DNA of 64,000 nt, from NCBI GenBank assembly GCA_023231475.1, contig JALJEE010003057.1, forward strand, positions 1 through 64,000. Direction: 5' to 3'. The notes under the pieces were generated by a model that was not told the DNA's origin, made no database searches, and saw nothing but the letters and a program-made list of their open reading frames with translations. The stretch comes from Seison nebaliae (taxonomy: Eukaryota). Positions 10,307 to 24,506 of this stretch are shown here, in pieces; position 1 is the first letter of the stretch; every line of letters begins with the position of its first letter. The translations under genes and the position numbers were made by a program.

Positions 10307-13300
10307 ATGGTCCAAAAGGAAGAAGGTAAAACACTTCAACAGAAGACCATAGCTAGATATGGAATACAATCAGATGTCAATCAATTAAGAAACATTCTAA
10401 CCGTTATCTCCACTCTCATCAATACCATCGTCTTTTTCAATATTCCCTATCGGCTTTGCTTCGGATACCGGAACATAGCAATGATGGAGTATTCGTATAA
10501 TTTTGACTTATTCATTATCCATTTATCGGATCTATTCCAAGTGGCATTTATTCTCGTATCTGTCTTTAAGATACAGGATATTAAAGGAATAATTTCGTGG
10601 AATTATCTCAAATCTTATTATTTCGTTATTGATCTATTGACGATTATACCGTTCGAATTAACATTCTATAAATGGAGAATAATTCATCTCGATTTACCAT
10701 CTCAATTCGTTGATCATTTACACACGAAATATCCACTTGTTAGCAAATATGAGAAAGTGATTGATAATGGTAATTTCTCGTTATTATTGGACAAAATCGA
10801 ATCGATACGAAGTCAATCATTACCAGATTATTCGTATCGTAACACCAAATATTTCCTGGCACATTTAACATTCGCTTCTCCTAATATAAAAGTCGGCTCA
10901 GCTCCATATAATGTGGCGATGTTGGATTATGATCCGGAAATTTATTTGTTTATGTTAAATCGAGTAGTTCGTATGTATCGTTTATTCGACTTCTTATTAA
11001 GAGAACGACGTGATAAATTATACGCTGAGATTGCTTTATATGCATTGGTCGTTTTGACAACAGTTCATATTTTCACTTGTTTTTGGTTCTATTTGGCTTG
11101 TGATGCAATTTTTCTCAATTTCTATCGTTGTCCCAAACCCAAATCAACATGGATGAGAGCGATTATTCAATCGTTTCCTTCGAATGTTCTGGAGAAACCA
11201 TTAATCCATTTTCAACGATTAGTTAATTGTGTTGATTATGATCCAACCAATTGTCCCTACTCCATTGTTCCCAATAGTAAATTTATGTTGAATGAAGTTA
11301 ATTATACATTTGACATGTTCTGGCCAGCAAGACGTTTCTTCATAGACGATCGTTATCTCTTATCGGCATATTTCATCATCATCTGTATAACCGCCGTGGG
11401 TTTTGGTGATATTGTACCGGTGTCAAATATGGAAATGATATTTGTCGATATGATTCTACTCATTACTACCTTTACCATCTCGGGATTTGGTCATGCTGCT
11501 GTTACGGCTTTATTTTGTATTTATTCGTCATTGCGAGTTGCATATGAAACGGCCGTCACATCTGTCATGTGTATACTCAAAGGTTCTTCTGTATTGGATC
11601 AACATTTCATTCGGACTTATTTCGACGCATATTATCGACAAATGAGAGCATTCTCCCCAAGAGAATGTTTACGATACTTAAATCGTGGAACACGAAATGA
11701 TGTTGCACATGAAATTGGAAAACCGTTATTGAAAGCCGTTGCACCAGAAAGTGAAGGAACTCAAAGGAAATTAGCGGCTTGTATCGACTGCTTTTTTTGT
11801 TATCCAGATCAGATTGTTGTAAAGAAATATCGACGATTAAAAAACATTATGATGTTGGCAAGAGGAACTGTTACTGTGATTGATTTACATAATGATCTCA
11901 TGCCTGACAGTGAGACGGTGATTGAAGCACCATATATTTTCGGTCTTCATAAAGATGGACCAGTTCTACCTTACTATCATATGATTCGAAGTAGCACCGT
12001 TACGGCTTGGTTAACTTTACCACGAATATCTGTGAATGAATATCTTGCGCGAGGTTTTGGAAATCAAGGTATTCGATTGAATGATTCGGTAGTACTACAA
12101 CAAAAAAGAAGAACAGGTGGCCATAACAGAATGGCTCAACAAACGAAACAATTCTATCAACTTTATCATCCAAATTTGAAGAGACCTCAAGAGCCGCCTA
12201 CAATCGTTATTCCCAAAGTGACTACTGTAAATCGAGTTTATGGTCGGCCTAGTGACATTTTCAAAAACTTCGAATCTGAAAAAGATGTGTTTTATATAAA
12301 GAATTCATCATCATCAGTTCTATGGCGACTGGGCAAATTTACAGTTCACCCATCCTCACAAAAATTCTTCATTTGGCGCAGTTTTATGGTACTAATTTCT
12401 CTCTTATGTGCAATTAATAACGCGACTTTAGTATTTCTATTTAGTTTGGAGGATTGTCCCGATTTCTTGATAACGATTCCCATTCTTCAACTCTTCAGTT
12501 ATTTGATGGATATGTTCTTGTGGATTGATCTGTTAGTGGAATTGAGAACGAAAACTACCGAGAAGATTTCCATAAATAAAATTGGAATACTTCGATATAA
12601 ATTTGCATCATTCACATTCGTTTTTAACGCTTTAGCAATTTTACCTTTCGAATATTTACTACCCATATTTTATGGAACTTTAAGAACGAAAAGTTATTTC
12701 TATCAATGGCATTTACCTAAAGACATTTATAATCAGAAATCATTATTCTTTTACATCTTGAAAATGAATCGTGCATTACGTTTATTGTCTGCTCCAATAA
12801 AGCTATCTCAATTGAACACATTGAGTCATATCAGGACTGCAACAGCATTATTTCTAACTATGACATTAATTGCAATTTCTTTCACTCATATGATTTCCAT
12901 CATATTTTATTTAAATCATTGTGTATTCACAATCAATCAACATCTCACATGTTTCATCTATCAAGTTGATCATAAATTCTATCGTACAACTGGTGCCAGT
13001 AATATTTATATCGTTGGTATTCATTGGGTTTTCTCTTTATTGTCAACATCAGGTTTTGGAGATATGCTACCACCATTGGGATTTACTAATTCTTCACCAT
13101 ATCTTTGGCTTTTCTATTCGTCGGTTGTACTTTGTGGCTTTTGTCTAAATATGACAACGACTGCAGTTTATACCGCATATCGTATCAATTTGTTAAGATT
13201 ACGAACTGAAATGAAAGAAAGAATAATTGAAATTGATAAATTGTTCACTAGACATCAATTGCCGAATCAATTGAAATATCAATTACATCGATTTATCCAA

Positions 13301-16300
13301 TTATTTTGGAATGTTCATGGTGGAAGTTTGGCTTTGGGCGAAGAATCTTTTTTGAAAAAAATTCTTCCTCTTGAATTATATGTTGAGATGTATCTGAAGA
13401 AAGACATTGATACATTAATACAACCAATCCCATTGTTTCGAGGAGCTAAGAACTATACTGTTTTCTGGCAAGCTGTTGCTGAGAAAATCTCTACAGTTTA
13501 CTATTATTCCGGACAAACTATTGTTCGAGAAGGTCAAGTCAAACAATGTTTATACATTATCAAACGTGGATATGTTGTGGCGAGACAAAAAAATTTATTA
13601 TTATTCACCTTAGGTAAAGGTGACTATTTTGGAGCGACCAGTTTCATTTCGGGTTCCCCCGAAGAAATGACTGTCGTTGCAAGAACAACAGTTGAATTAT
13701 TAATATTTGAAAGATCGGATTTCAATCAGTTATCGGAGATATTAGGACGACCTTTCGAATCAATTCCATTCACTACCAAAATCAAAACGGTTCCAACTTG
13801 TTACAAAGGTCAATTGGTACAAACACAGAACATATTGGCTAAAACTCAAAAATTGAGACTACCCTTCCTTATCAATGAAGTGGTTGAAGATGTACTCTTC
13901 ATTTTCTTTTGTATTTTATGTAGACATGCATACCAATATCAAGATACGGTAACACAACAACAATTTGAACGGCATGATTCCGTTAGTACGGTAATGAGTT
14001 ACAAAATCGCTAGTTTTGACATCAGTACCGTCGAAGATGATCATGAGAGTTTATCTTTCGTCAATTTTAAAAAGTATCAAAAGTCATTAATGTATCATTT
14101 GGAATATTCGTATGTGAGAGCGGTAACGGTATTTCTACCGTTAAAGAAACCCATTTTTCCTGATAATCCAACCGTACCATATTGGTTCATCTTCCGAGCG
14201 ATAATTGGCATGTGTACTTTCATTCTTTTAACTTATCAATTCTGTTTTCATGAAACATCGTTATGGATGGATTTAATATTATATACGTTCGATATGGTGG
14301 GAATTATTGATATTTTCATAAAATTTCACATTTCTTATATCACCTCATTGAATCATATGCAAACGAATATTCTTTATAATTCCTACAATTATATGAAACG
14401 AAGTTTCGTTATGGACATTCTTGTGATATTTCCATTCGATTTCCTTCTGCGAGTTGTCGCACCAGAACTCGAAGCCAAATCATTATTGGTTGAATTGTTA
14501 ATTCGTTCAAATCGTTTACTTCAAATTTATTATGGATTACAATTAATGTATTATTTCGAATCGAAAATCTTCCTAATTTCTTCACATTACATTTATATTA
14601 AATTAATTGGATTAATAATGGCATTCCATCATCTTGGAACTTGTATATTTTATTTACGACCTTGTCATTATCATTTATTCGATGAGATTGGAAGATTATT
14701 TTGTGGTCGTTTAATGGCCATCCAAACATTATTGGGATATGAATATTTTGAATTAACAACTTGTCATAATGCATTCTATCAACGCTTTTCCACCACCAAA
14801 CGAATGGATGGATCTCCATTAACTTTTATTCTGGAAAATAATTCTTGTATTTGTGTCTCCGATTCATGGCTGGATGAGAAACCATTACATCATAACTCTT
14901 ATCTGGTCGCTTATTATTATTTCAGTACAGTTGCAACAACTTGTGGATTTGGTGATTATCTTCCAAATTTAGCTTCCGATTTAATCACCGTGAATGTTTT
15001 CGTTGTATTTTCATTTATTGTTTATAAAGTTCTCCTCACTGAATTGAGTGCCGCAATAGCCAATATTGACGCACTTCGTGTTATATTCAAACAGAAATTA
15101 AGAAGAATAAGTGTTTTCCTTAAAGAACAGAATGTTCCGGAGACATTAATCAAACGAATACTTTACCATCAAGATGGTATTTGGAGACATACGAAAGGTA
15201 TCAATGTACACGATTTATTGGAGGGTTTACCTTATCGATTAAAAACTGATATCACTCATCAAATATATTCGGAGTCGATTCGACATGTTGAAATTTTTAG
15301 CACGTTGTCTTATGAACAAACAGAACGAGTATCACTTCAAGCGGAACAGGATTTTTTCGGTCATGGCGAATGGGTATTCCATCAGAATGATCCAGTTAAT
15401 AAAATGTATTTCCTCCATCAAGGAGTATGTGTGAAAGTCGATGAGATTTCAATGACAACCGTTTTATATTATCGTGCTGGCGAAACGATAAGTGATTTGA
15501 GTTGGTTAATTAATAAGACTTCTCCCTATGGTTGTCGAACGATTACGGATTGTATCATATTTTCAATTTCTATGAATACAATCAAAGACATGACAGAGAA
15601 CTCATCAGTCATTCTGAATCATTTGATGAAAATTTCGACAATGATGTATGAATTCAATAGAAATCAAATGAAGAATTGTTCTAAAATTGTTGACCGACCG
15701 AAAACCGTTTTCGCTTCACAAGGTTATCGTGAAAAGAATAATGAATTGGTAAGTTTATTTGATGCCAATAAATACGGAGGAGTTTATTCGATGATGGATG
15801 TCGATCAACAATTAATGGAAATACAAAAAATATTAAGTCGATCAGTCGATTTCTCTTTGTTGAAGAAAGCGGATATGTTCAAACGATTAGTCAGAAAAAT
15901 GAAGATACTCGAACATTCGTTCAGTCAACCAGCTGGCAGATATGTACCCCGATTAGATCGTGTGCACAACGAGATTTATAATTATGTTCATCATGCACCA
16001 AACCAAGATGTGGAATTAGAGAAATGTGTCGATTCGTTTGTTATCGCTTCTTTCAGATTACTCTTCCATTCAAATTATACTACTGAAGATATATATGAAA
16101 TCTTGCAACATCAAACACGAGTTAAAATCAATTTGGAATTATTATATAATCCACTCACAATAGCTGTTTATATATTTTTTGGTAATTTAAATGTAATCCA
16201 GAACGACTATCTGATACTATCGAGATTGCGCAATTTTAAGGGAGGTTTCGGAAACTTTATACCGGATAATGAACATGCATCTGAAAAGAGTAAAAGTAAA

Positions 16301-19300
16301 TTAAGCGTATCTGTAGGTAGTAAAAGTAGGATGACTCTATCCATTCATGATTCGAGACAATCGTTGAACGTTAATAATAATTCTACACGTAGAACTTCAT
16401 CACGAAAAGAATCTATCACCCAATTTTCAGTGGGTGTTGATGATGGTGCAACAATTAAAACTCCATTTATGAAATATCTTAACAAAAATAATAATAATAA
16501 TACAAATAATAATACAAATAATAATAATAACACTAATAATAATACAAATGATAAAACAAATAATAATGAAACAAATAATAATAATACAAATAATGATAAT
16601 GATAAGAAAAATGTCAATAATAATATGAGGAACAGTATGGATAATGTTAGCAAATCGAGCAAGTCAATAAGCTCCAGAATATTTAGCATCCATGATAACA
16701 CTGATAGTGAATCACTTAAATTTAACAGAGTGAATTCGACATTTACGATATTTCCCACTAGAAGTTCTATGTTTCATTCTGGTGTTTCCGTTTCAAGTAA
16801 CAAATTAGATCAATCCAGTATCAAATCACAAGGTAGATCGAGTAGCACTAGAACTTCCAGTACTACTATTGATTATAATGCGGAACAAGCAACGAAAGAT
16901 GAAAAACAAGAAATGTTCAACAATTATTATCAATATGCTGTTCGAATGTTCTTCAAAGATACACGTCGGGATGTGATAGATCATCCCAAAGTCCTGACGG
17001 GTAAGAGAGCGCTGGCTACGAATGTTACAGCCAAATATTTAGCGAGAGATCTTGATCGAGCTCCATATGATTTCAAGTCAACAAGAGAACAACGAGTTAA
17101 AATCCACAATCAATTAATGCACAAACAACAACAAGACAAATTATTAGAAAATTATATTAAGGATCGTTCTAGACAAATGGAAGATGTTCCACGGTTGGAA
17201 ACGATTCCCGATGCTCCAACAATAGATATCAACGTAAAAGAACCGGAGGATTATTTGGTACCGGAAGAAGATTGTGGTTTCTTACCACAATTCCCCAATT
17301 TGGATCAAACATTTCTCTACAGTGATAATTTTGCAGAATTTCATGAAGAAAAACAACCAAAATTTACTAATAAACAATTGAATGATGTTGGTGAACGAAA
17401 TTACCGTCGAGTTATTTTTGATGCATTAACTTATATGAATAAGTGGACGGAAACCGTGAAAAATGTTCGAGAAGAAGCGAGAAGAACAACTCGAATGAGA
17501 GACGATCATATTAATATGTTTGACGAGAATTTCAATAATGACGATGAAATTGGAAGAAATTTAAGACATTTAATAGGTGGTTGGAAAACAGATTATCCAG
17601 AACGTGCATATATTCCCTGGTCAATTTGGCCGTTATTTCGGAGTACTCCTCCTCTAATGATATCTTATGGAACTGTCACATTAACGAAGGCTTGGACAAA
17701 AGATATTTACTGGTACAACATAATCAGGAACTGGAGGATATATAGATTAAATAATGAGAATCATCGAAATTGCGCTGCTCTCATGTTTGGATTAGTGACG
17801 AACAAATTTCTGGAGGAAACATTAGCAGAAAAATGGTTACCGTTTAAACGATATCAAATGCGAGCTCGTCTAAAAAGTAAAATGGGTACGTATTATATCA
17901 GAGAGAACCGCATGGGTCCATGGTGCGGTTCTGTCGTCAGCATTTTACCATTAAAAGTTGGAGAAAAGATGAATCAATTAATTCATCTACTTCCTGAGCA
18001 TAGAACAAGACGAATAATTAATCATATCGGTGATATGAGAGATTATCGATATCTGATTGAAGAATTTATCGGATTCCGAGAACTGACAGATAATTCGAAT
18101 GAGAATATTGATAATGAGAAAGACAAACCCACATTATTCGGAAATATGAAGAGACATTTACTTCCTTATGTTGAATCGTTATTACCTACCATCAATATAA
18201 TGATTAACGAATTTCGAGCATTAGAAAGAAATCAACCCACATTACTATCCAGACGTGCTGATACTGATGTGATAAAGAGTATGATAGTTCGTCAAGCGCC
18301 AAATATTGAAAATGTACACGCTAATGCATTGCATACGATAAAAATTAAATTGACGAATTTATTCGAAGAAAATAGTCAAAGACTTCGTCCACTAAAAAGG
18401 ATTAAGAAGAATGCTTTGGCCATTACGGAAAGTATTGGTCATATATTCTCTCCAATTATCGGTTATCAACCAACGGGAAAATCACAGGCTATTCTACAAT
18501 TCATCATGATGATTACTTCCATCATGTCCTTCTTTTTGGTCACATCTCAATTTGGATTCCAATGTGATCGATGGCATTTAGTTGGATCAACTTCTATTTT
18601 AATTCTGTTCGACTTTTGTTTCATCGTTTGGGCTCATATCTATTCGAATACGGGAGGATATTTCGATGAATCTGGTCACGTAATTACAGATATTACGATA
18701 ATAAAAAAAGAGATTTTAACGAAGAAGAATATGGTAATTTTCTTCGCTGCTTTCTGTCCATTCGCTTATTGTGATTTCTTTCTTCCGAAAACTTGTCGAA
18801 CTTTCTATTCTACTCTACTTGGTTTGCCTCGAGCTATTCGCTTAAGATTCGTCATAGCCGAATTGGAACGACGAGAATCGATCGTCATGAATAATGATAT
18901 GTTGACACGAGCCACGAAATACATTCTTATCGTTATAAGTTATGTTCATTTATTGGGATGTTTTTGGAATATCAGTCGATTATATTCAAAAAATAATCAT
19001 TTGTTGTCATGTTCTGATGATTATTGGGAAAATAATCGAGCTATTCAAAATGACGTCTCCAACTTCTTCACCAATTACATTCACAGTTTTCATTTCGTTT
19101 TACAAATTCTGGTTGAATATGGAATCGAAGGATATAGAAAGGACCAAATCGGTCTATTTGTGGTTACTATAATAATGATATTTGGCCGTTTAACTCTCTA
19201 TATTCTCATTGGTAATTTCGCTTCTACTTTATTGAATACGATGAAAGCCGATGCATATCATCGACAAATTATCGAAGCATTGAAATTGTTGATGAAGAAT

Positions 19301-19887
19301 ACGAATGTGAGCGAAGAGTTACAACGATCTGTTGATGTTCAGACATCAATGAAATGGAAACGATTTCGAGGAGAAGATCCCAAAATGTTATTTAAACATT
19401 TACCAACTTGCTTACGAACAGAAATCAACGTGTTTATTGCTAAGAGAATGTTGCAACAAATCGCTGCAATTAACAAATGTTCAGCTGCATTCAAAAGAAA
19501 TATTTGTGCAGATTTATCATTCGAATCATACGAAAAAGATACATCGATCGTTCAACAAAATGATTTAGTTATCGGAATATTCTTCGTCCATAAAGGAATT
19601 GTGAATGTTTCTACTAAAATAACGATGGTTATAATTCAATTTTAAAGATTTCTCTTAATTTATTATCTTTATTATTATTATTAATTTAAAACTTTTAGCA
19701 AATGGAACGTGACTACTATTTTGGTGATTTGTGTCTTAATGATTCTAATACGAAATTCACAAGTAATGTGGTTGCCGTCGCTCCGTGTGACGTATTGATC
19801 ATCAAGAAGAAAGACGTAATGAAATTGAAGAACTTTTATCCGAACGACATTTCTTTATTAGCTTCACATTATGATTCAAAAAAATAA
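10307..19887 (+). CDS. Four-repeat cyclic-nucleotide-binding-domain K+ channel (CNGK/tetraKCNG-like); probable single intron 19628-19698
   Basis: A 3112-aa ORF with four units of 6TM + pore + C-linker/CNBD. Pore motifs are TAVGFGD, STSGFGD, TTCGFGD and VEYGIEG. The last CNBD is completed by ORF 19702-19887 (DYYFGD...VVAVAPCDVLII). Confidence 0.88.
16487..16625 (+). repeat. Imperfect (AAT)n coding repeat giving an Asn-rich tract in the channel linker
   Basis: NKNNNNNTNNNTNNNNNTNNN... read directly. Confidence 0.9.
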
Positions 19888-19897
19888 AAAAATATTT

Positions 19898-20299
19898 TTA
19901 TGATTTTCTACAACATAACGTTTCCAGGAACGTAATAATATCTTCGTTTGACATATTAACATTTTCATTCTCATTAATCTGATGAACTGTCGTTCTTAAT
20001 CGTGATTTGACTTGATTATTAGAGAATTGAGTGACCACCATCGATCTTTTTGGACGTTTCTTAATCGACTTGTTTTTCTTAATCGAGTTGTTTTTCTTAA
20101 TCGCTTTCAATTTTTTCTTCTCAGCATCTAACTCTTCTAAATTCTTACAAATCGCTGTCCATTCATCTTTCGCTATTTGATTAGGAAGAATTTGAATTAG
20201 ATGTTGACCATTCGGAGCAGCCAAACATATCTCATTCTTTTCGTTAGTTCTTCGATATTTAATGGGAGTAGAAGTACAAGAGTCAACTTTTAATGGCAT
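19898..20299 (-). CDS. Hypothetical basic protein, 133 aa
   Basis: ATG-initiated ORF filling the gap between two genes; Lys-rich with a short internal repeat (IKKNNS/IKKNKS); no family recognised. Confidence 0.55.
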   Translation of the reverse strand: MPLKVDSCTSTPIKYRRTNEKNEICLAAPNGQHLIQILPNQIAKDEWTAICKNLEELDAEKKKLKAIKKNNSIKKNKSIKKRPKRSMVVTQFSNNQVKSRLRTTVHQINENENVNMSNEDIITFLETLCCRKS

Positions 20300-20399
20300 T
20301 TGAAACAGGTTAAAATTTGAACAGGGGAAAATTGAACGAAAACAAAAAAAACAAGTTAATTCAAAATTTCAATTAAAAGATAGACAGTTCCTTTCTTTT

Positions 20400-21980
20400 C
20401 TATACTAAAATCCATTTTCTTCGGTTTTCCTTTCTGCACTTCGTACAGAAACGTACCATTATGAACATCATAAATTGCCAACTGAAAACATAATGAATTT
20501 TCGGAAAACAGTCAATAATTTTAACGTTATTCGTTTCATAATCAATATTAAAATCTTCGAAATAAGCATGAAACACTTTCTTCTCGTTTCTCAAATTCAC
20601 CAGCAAAATAGCGTGACGACCATTTTCTAATTGTTTCACATAAACTAGACAATGATTCAACTAAAGACTAAATTGAAATTGAATATATGAAAATTTAACA
20701 TCTCCGATCATACGAGGCGCTTTACCTAATGGATCTTGATTAATGTCCAAATACCTTTTATTCAACAACATCTTTCTCTCAAGTCGACTAATATGTCTCA
20801 AATCAGCACTCAATAATAAAGGTGCGGAATAGATGGACCAAAAACTAAACTGCAATTTAGCTAATTCATAACTAACTGCAATATTTCCTGCAATAATCTT
20901 TAAATTAAATATAATAATTGAATTATTTCAAAAAAAATGAATACTAACCATATCTAAATCGTTCCAATGATGTGGACCGTGATAATTAATTAAATTATCC
21001 TGATTATTCGTATACCTTATATCATTAAATTGTCATATGATTATAAGAAAGAAACCAGTTAATAATTGATTCAATCGAATCTAACGAATTCGACACATCG
21101 TTATAATTCCGATAAAGATGACAAGTCTTACTAATTTTCTCATAGTCAGGCTAAAAAGAAATTTTACATTTTCATAAATTTTACATGGTAAAAGAAAACC
21201 CATTTGAGAGTATATGTCGCATGCCAAAAAGGCCAACTACACGAGTAGATTATTGAGCGATTGGACCTCTCAAACATTTCTCCTAATTGTGGATAACCTG
21301 AAGAAAGATGAAAGTCTAATTATCTTTCGAATTCTAAAATGATAACCATATTCTAAAATTTCTCCAGAAGAATGACATCCGTCCACTTTCAAATAATCGA
21401 TGTTCCAATCATTAATAAATTGATCCATATCAGATTTGACGTGTTTCAATAAACCAGGATATCCTGCACATGTCATTTCACCGTATCCGGTATACATTCC
21501 GAACTTAAGTCCTAGTGAGTGAATCTTGATGTAATTTAATGATCTCTGGAAACGACTGAGAGAAAACGATTGAACTTTATCGGAAACATGTCTCATTCCG
21601 TTTGGAAACCGTTTTCTGTCAGGTACTAATTTACCATCCATATCTCTTCTTCTTTCAGCCCAACAGTCATCAATCACCAAATATTTATATCCACTATCCA
21701 GAAATCCTCCTCTAACTAATTCTTTTGCCATTTCAAAAATATTATATTCACTAAAACATTATTATTTATCAGATGAAATGGAATGGAAAATAGAATTGTC
21801 TATTAAGTGAAACTTTAAACATTCATTTGGCAAATTACCACAATCTGTCTTACATTTAAATGTTTGCCAAGACATCCAGCCCATCGGCGGTTTTCCAAGT
21901 ATTAATTTTTTACCATCCACCACCAAAAAAATGAGGTGGAATAATAAAAAATTCCATTTGATATTCTCTTCTTTTTTCAT
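20400..21980 (-). CDS. Glycoside hydrolase family 27 (alpha-galactosidase/alpha-N-acetylgalactosaminidase), multi-exon
   Basis: PPMGWMSW, YLVIDDCW, RFPNGM, HSLGLKFGMY, DYLKVDGC, SCSWP, WNDLDM, QFSFWSIYSAPLLLSADLR, INQDPLG. The 3' end is approximate. Confidence 0.92.
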
Positions 21981-22764
21981 GTTTTTCTCCTACTCCAAGT
22001 CATGGAAATTTCACTTTATATTGTCATCATTTATGGAAAATATGAAATTTAATTGTCTTTTTTTTATTCTTCTTCACTTTTTCTTTATCATCAAATTTTA
22101 TTATTCGTCATTCGTTCACGGAATAATACTAGATATAAATTAAAAGCACATTACCGTTAGATATCCGTATTTATTCTTATTAGTTCGATTATTAGAGAGA
22201 AAAAAAACAAAAAAATTTAGTGAAAATATTTATAGATAATTTTGAAAATTAATCATTCTGAAAATTATGAGATAAATTGAATTATATAAGTAATTTCATT
22301 GCTCATATATTTTAGTTTTTAATTTATTTATTAACTTTACCTTAAAATTTTTAAGACTTCTGAAGATAATTTAAGTAGAGAACAGCTGTTTGCAGCTCAA
22401 TTTTCTCATATTAATTGAGGATCCAATGTCGATTAAATAATGTTGAGAGGGAATATATTTATTTATTTATTAGAGCTATATATTATGTAGTATATAAGGA
22501 ATTCTAATCAATAGAAAATGAATTGGAAGAAAGCCTCGAAATTTGAATAAGTAGAAAAAATCTGTTTGGTAGAGAGTGGAAGGAGAAAATTGATATTACG
22601 AATGATTTTTTAAGTAATTGGTCTATGTCTTTCATTTGAAATTATTGGAAAAAAAACTTCTATTTATTCCTACTAAACGTATTGGGTAGTGAATATTTAT
22701 TTATCAATTACAATCCAAATCATTCCCTCCATCATCGTCTTCATATTCGTCTTCGTTCACTTCA

Positions 22765-23671
22765 ATGGCACAGGGGAAAGTGTACGTAGGAAATTTGGCA
22801 CCAGATGCAAAGAAGGATGAACTAGAGAGAATTTTCGAAGAATACGGACAATTGACGAATGTATGGGTGGCGAGGAATCCCCCAGGTTTCGCTTTCGTCG
22901 AATTCAAGAATGCAAGAGATGCAGAAGAAGCAGTTAATCGTCTGGATGGAAAGTTTCTCTTCTTCTCCTAAGTGATAATAAACGAAATAATGTAGAGTGT
23001 TGTGTGGAACTCGAGTGAGAATCGAGTTGTCTCACGGACGAACTAGAAGGAAGTATTATCGAAGTCCGGAGAAATCATTAAATTATTATGACGACCACTC
23101 CAATTCATATCAACCGCAACATTATCGGTTAGCCGTCAACGACAATCCAACATTACTTCTATGAAGATCATCGTCATCATCGTCATCATCTTATTACTAT
23201 TATTCATCTATCTATTATTAAATAACTCATTATAATCTTCCTCCTTCCATCTCATCTGCAACCGATCTTCTCATCGTTTCACTGCCACCATCGTCATCAT
23301 CATTATATTCTCATTTTGTCATCGTCGTCATTCATCATCAGCTAACGGACATTTAACGCCTTATCTATTCATCATCGAATCGAGGTTGGTTGATGATGAT
23401 TCATCCTCTTTTACTTCTCAAACTTTAATACAACACTCTTCCCTCTAATCCTCCCCCCACTACTCCTCTAATTGCCCCCTATAAACAATCAAATACTAAT
23501 TTCATTTCAGACGATCAAGACAATCACCACAATATCGGTCCATGAGAAATAGATCACCAAGAGGTAAACCATCTTACGAGCATTATGGAGATCAAAAGTT
23601 AATTTAAATATTTTTATTAAAACTAAAATGTTCTCTTTTCATCTTTAAGTCGTCGGAGACATCGTTCTTAA
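22765..23671 (+). CDS. SR splicing factor, SRSF3/SRSF7/RBP1 type (RRM plus short RS region), 4 exons
   Basis: KVYVGNL...[40 protein letters not shown] is the SRSF3/7 RRM; no zinc knuckle seen. Long intron at 23128-23510. Confidence 0.92.
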
Positions 23672-24080
23672 AAGGAAACTTAAAATTCGTGTATTGTATT
23701 CTGACGAAACAGAAAATCGTAATAATTTTGTGAGAATTATTTGAATTTTATTTCACAAAAATAAATTTTTTTACTTTCCATTTCAAATGACATCCATTTC
23801 TGTAGTTTCATTTCTCATTGATGAAGTTGCTTGAATAATTGCAAATTCATAAATCCTGTAGTTTTTATCGAAGGAATTGTTTAATATAAAAAAAACTTAT
23901 TAAATCAAGCCAGTTTATTGAGGGAATTCAAATTGTGCTGACAATTTTTTTTTACAAATTTCTCAATTCTCTCAATTTCAATGAGATTTGTTTCATTGAA
24001 AAATATTGGATTGACAATGTTCATATGTACGGAGATGTTCGAATAAAGAGATATAATTTTAAAAATAAATTTTATTTTTC

Positions 24081-24506
24081 ATGCATTCTCCTTTGGCAAA
24101 AATGTCTACGTTGAAGAGTCAATTATTATATCAGAACAATTCAAACAATCTTTTCAATGTGCTTCGTAAGAAATCGTTGAATAATTTAAAAAATCGAAGA
24201 GATCGATTCAAGCAACTGAAAAGAGAATCTCAGTCATTCCAATCAGCGATTGATATTATACTAAATGAAATCAAAACGGACATGAAAGATGATTTCAATA
24301 ATGTTGACAAAAATGTTTATTTATTGATCGAAGAAGAAATGAGAAAAGAATTAGAAAATGAAGTAGAATATTTTTACAATTCCACAAATACCGAATATCC
24401 GGAGTCTTATATAAATGATTTGAATGAAGAATATGAAAAAATCCGTTGTGAAGAAGTTTCAAAAACTTTTTTTCCCATTAATTCTCACGCGGAATAGACG
24501 GACTAA
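24081..24506 (+). CDS. Hypothetical helical protein, weakly reminiscent of the RPA-interacting protein (RPAIN) N-terminal part
   Basis: 138-aa ORF; LRKKSLNNLKNRRDRF and LIEEEMRKEL loosely resemble RPAIN. No C-terminal zinc finger. A probable terminal GTT intron leads to a stop at 24506. Confidence 0.4.

Noticed and set aside
16345..16758. 137-aa hydrophobic minus-strand ORF
   Set aside because: It is the antisense shadow of the AAT-rich tract within the channel CDS.
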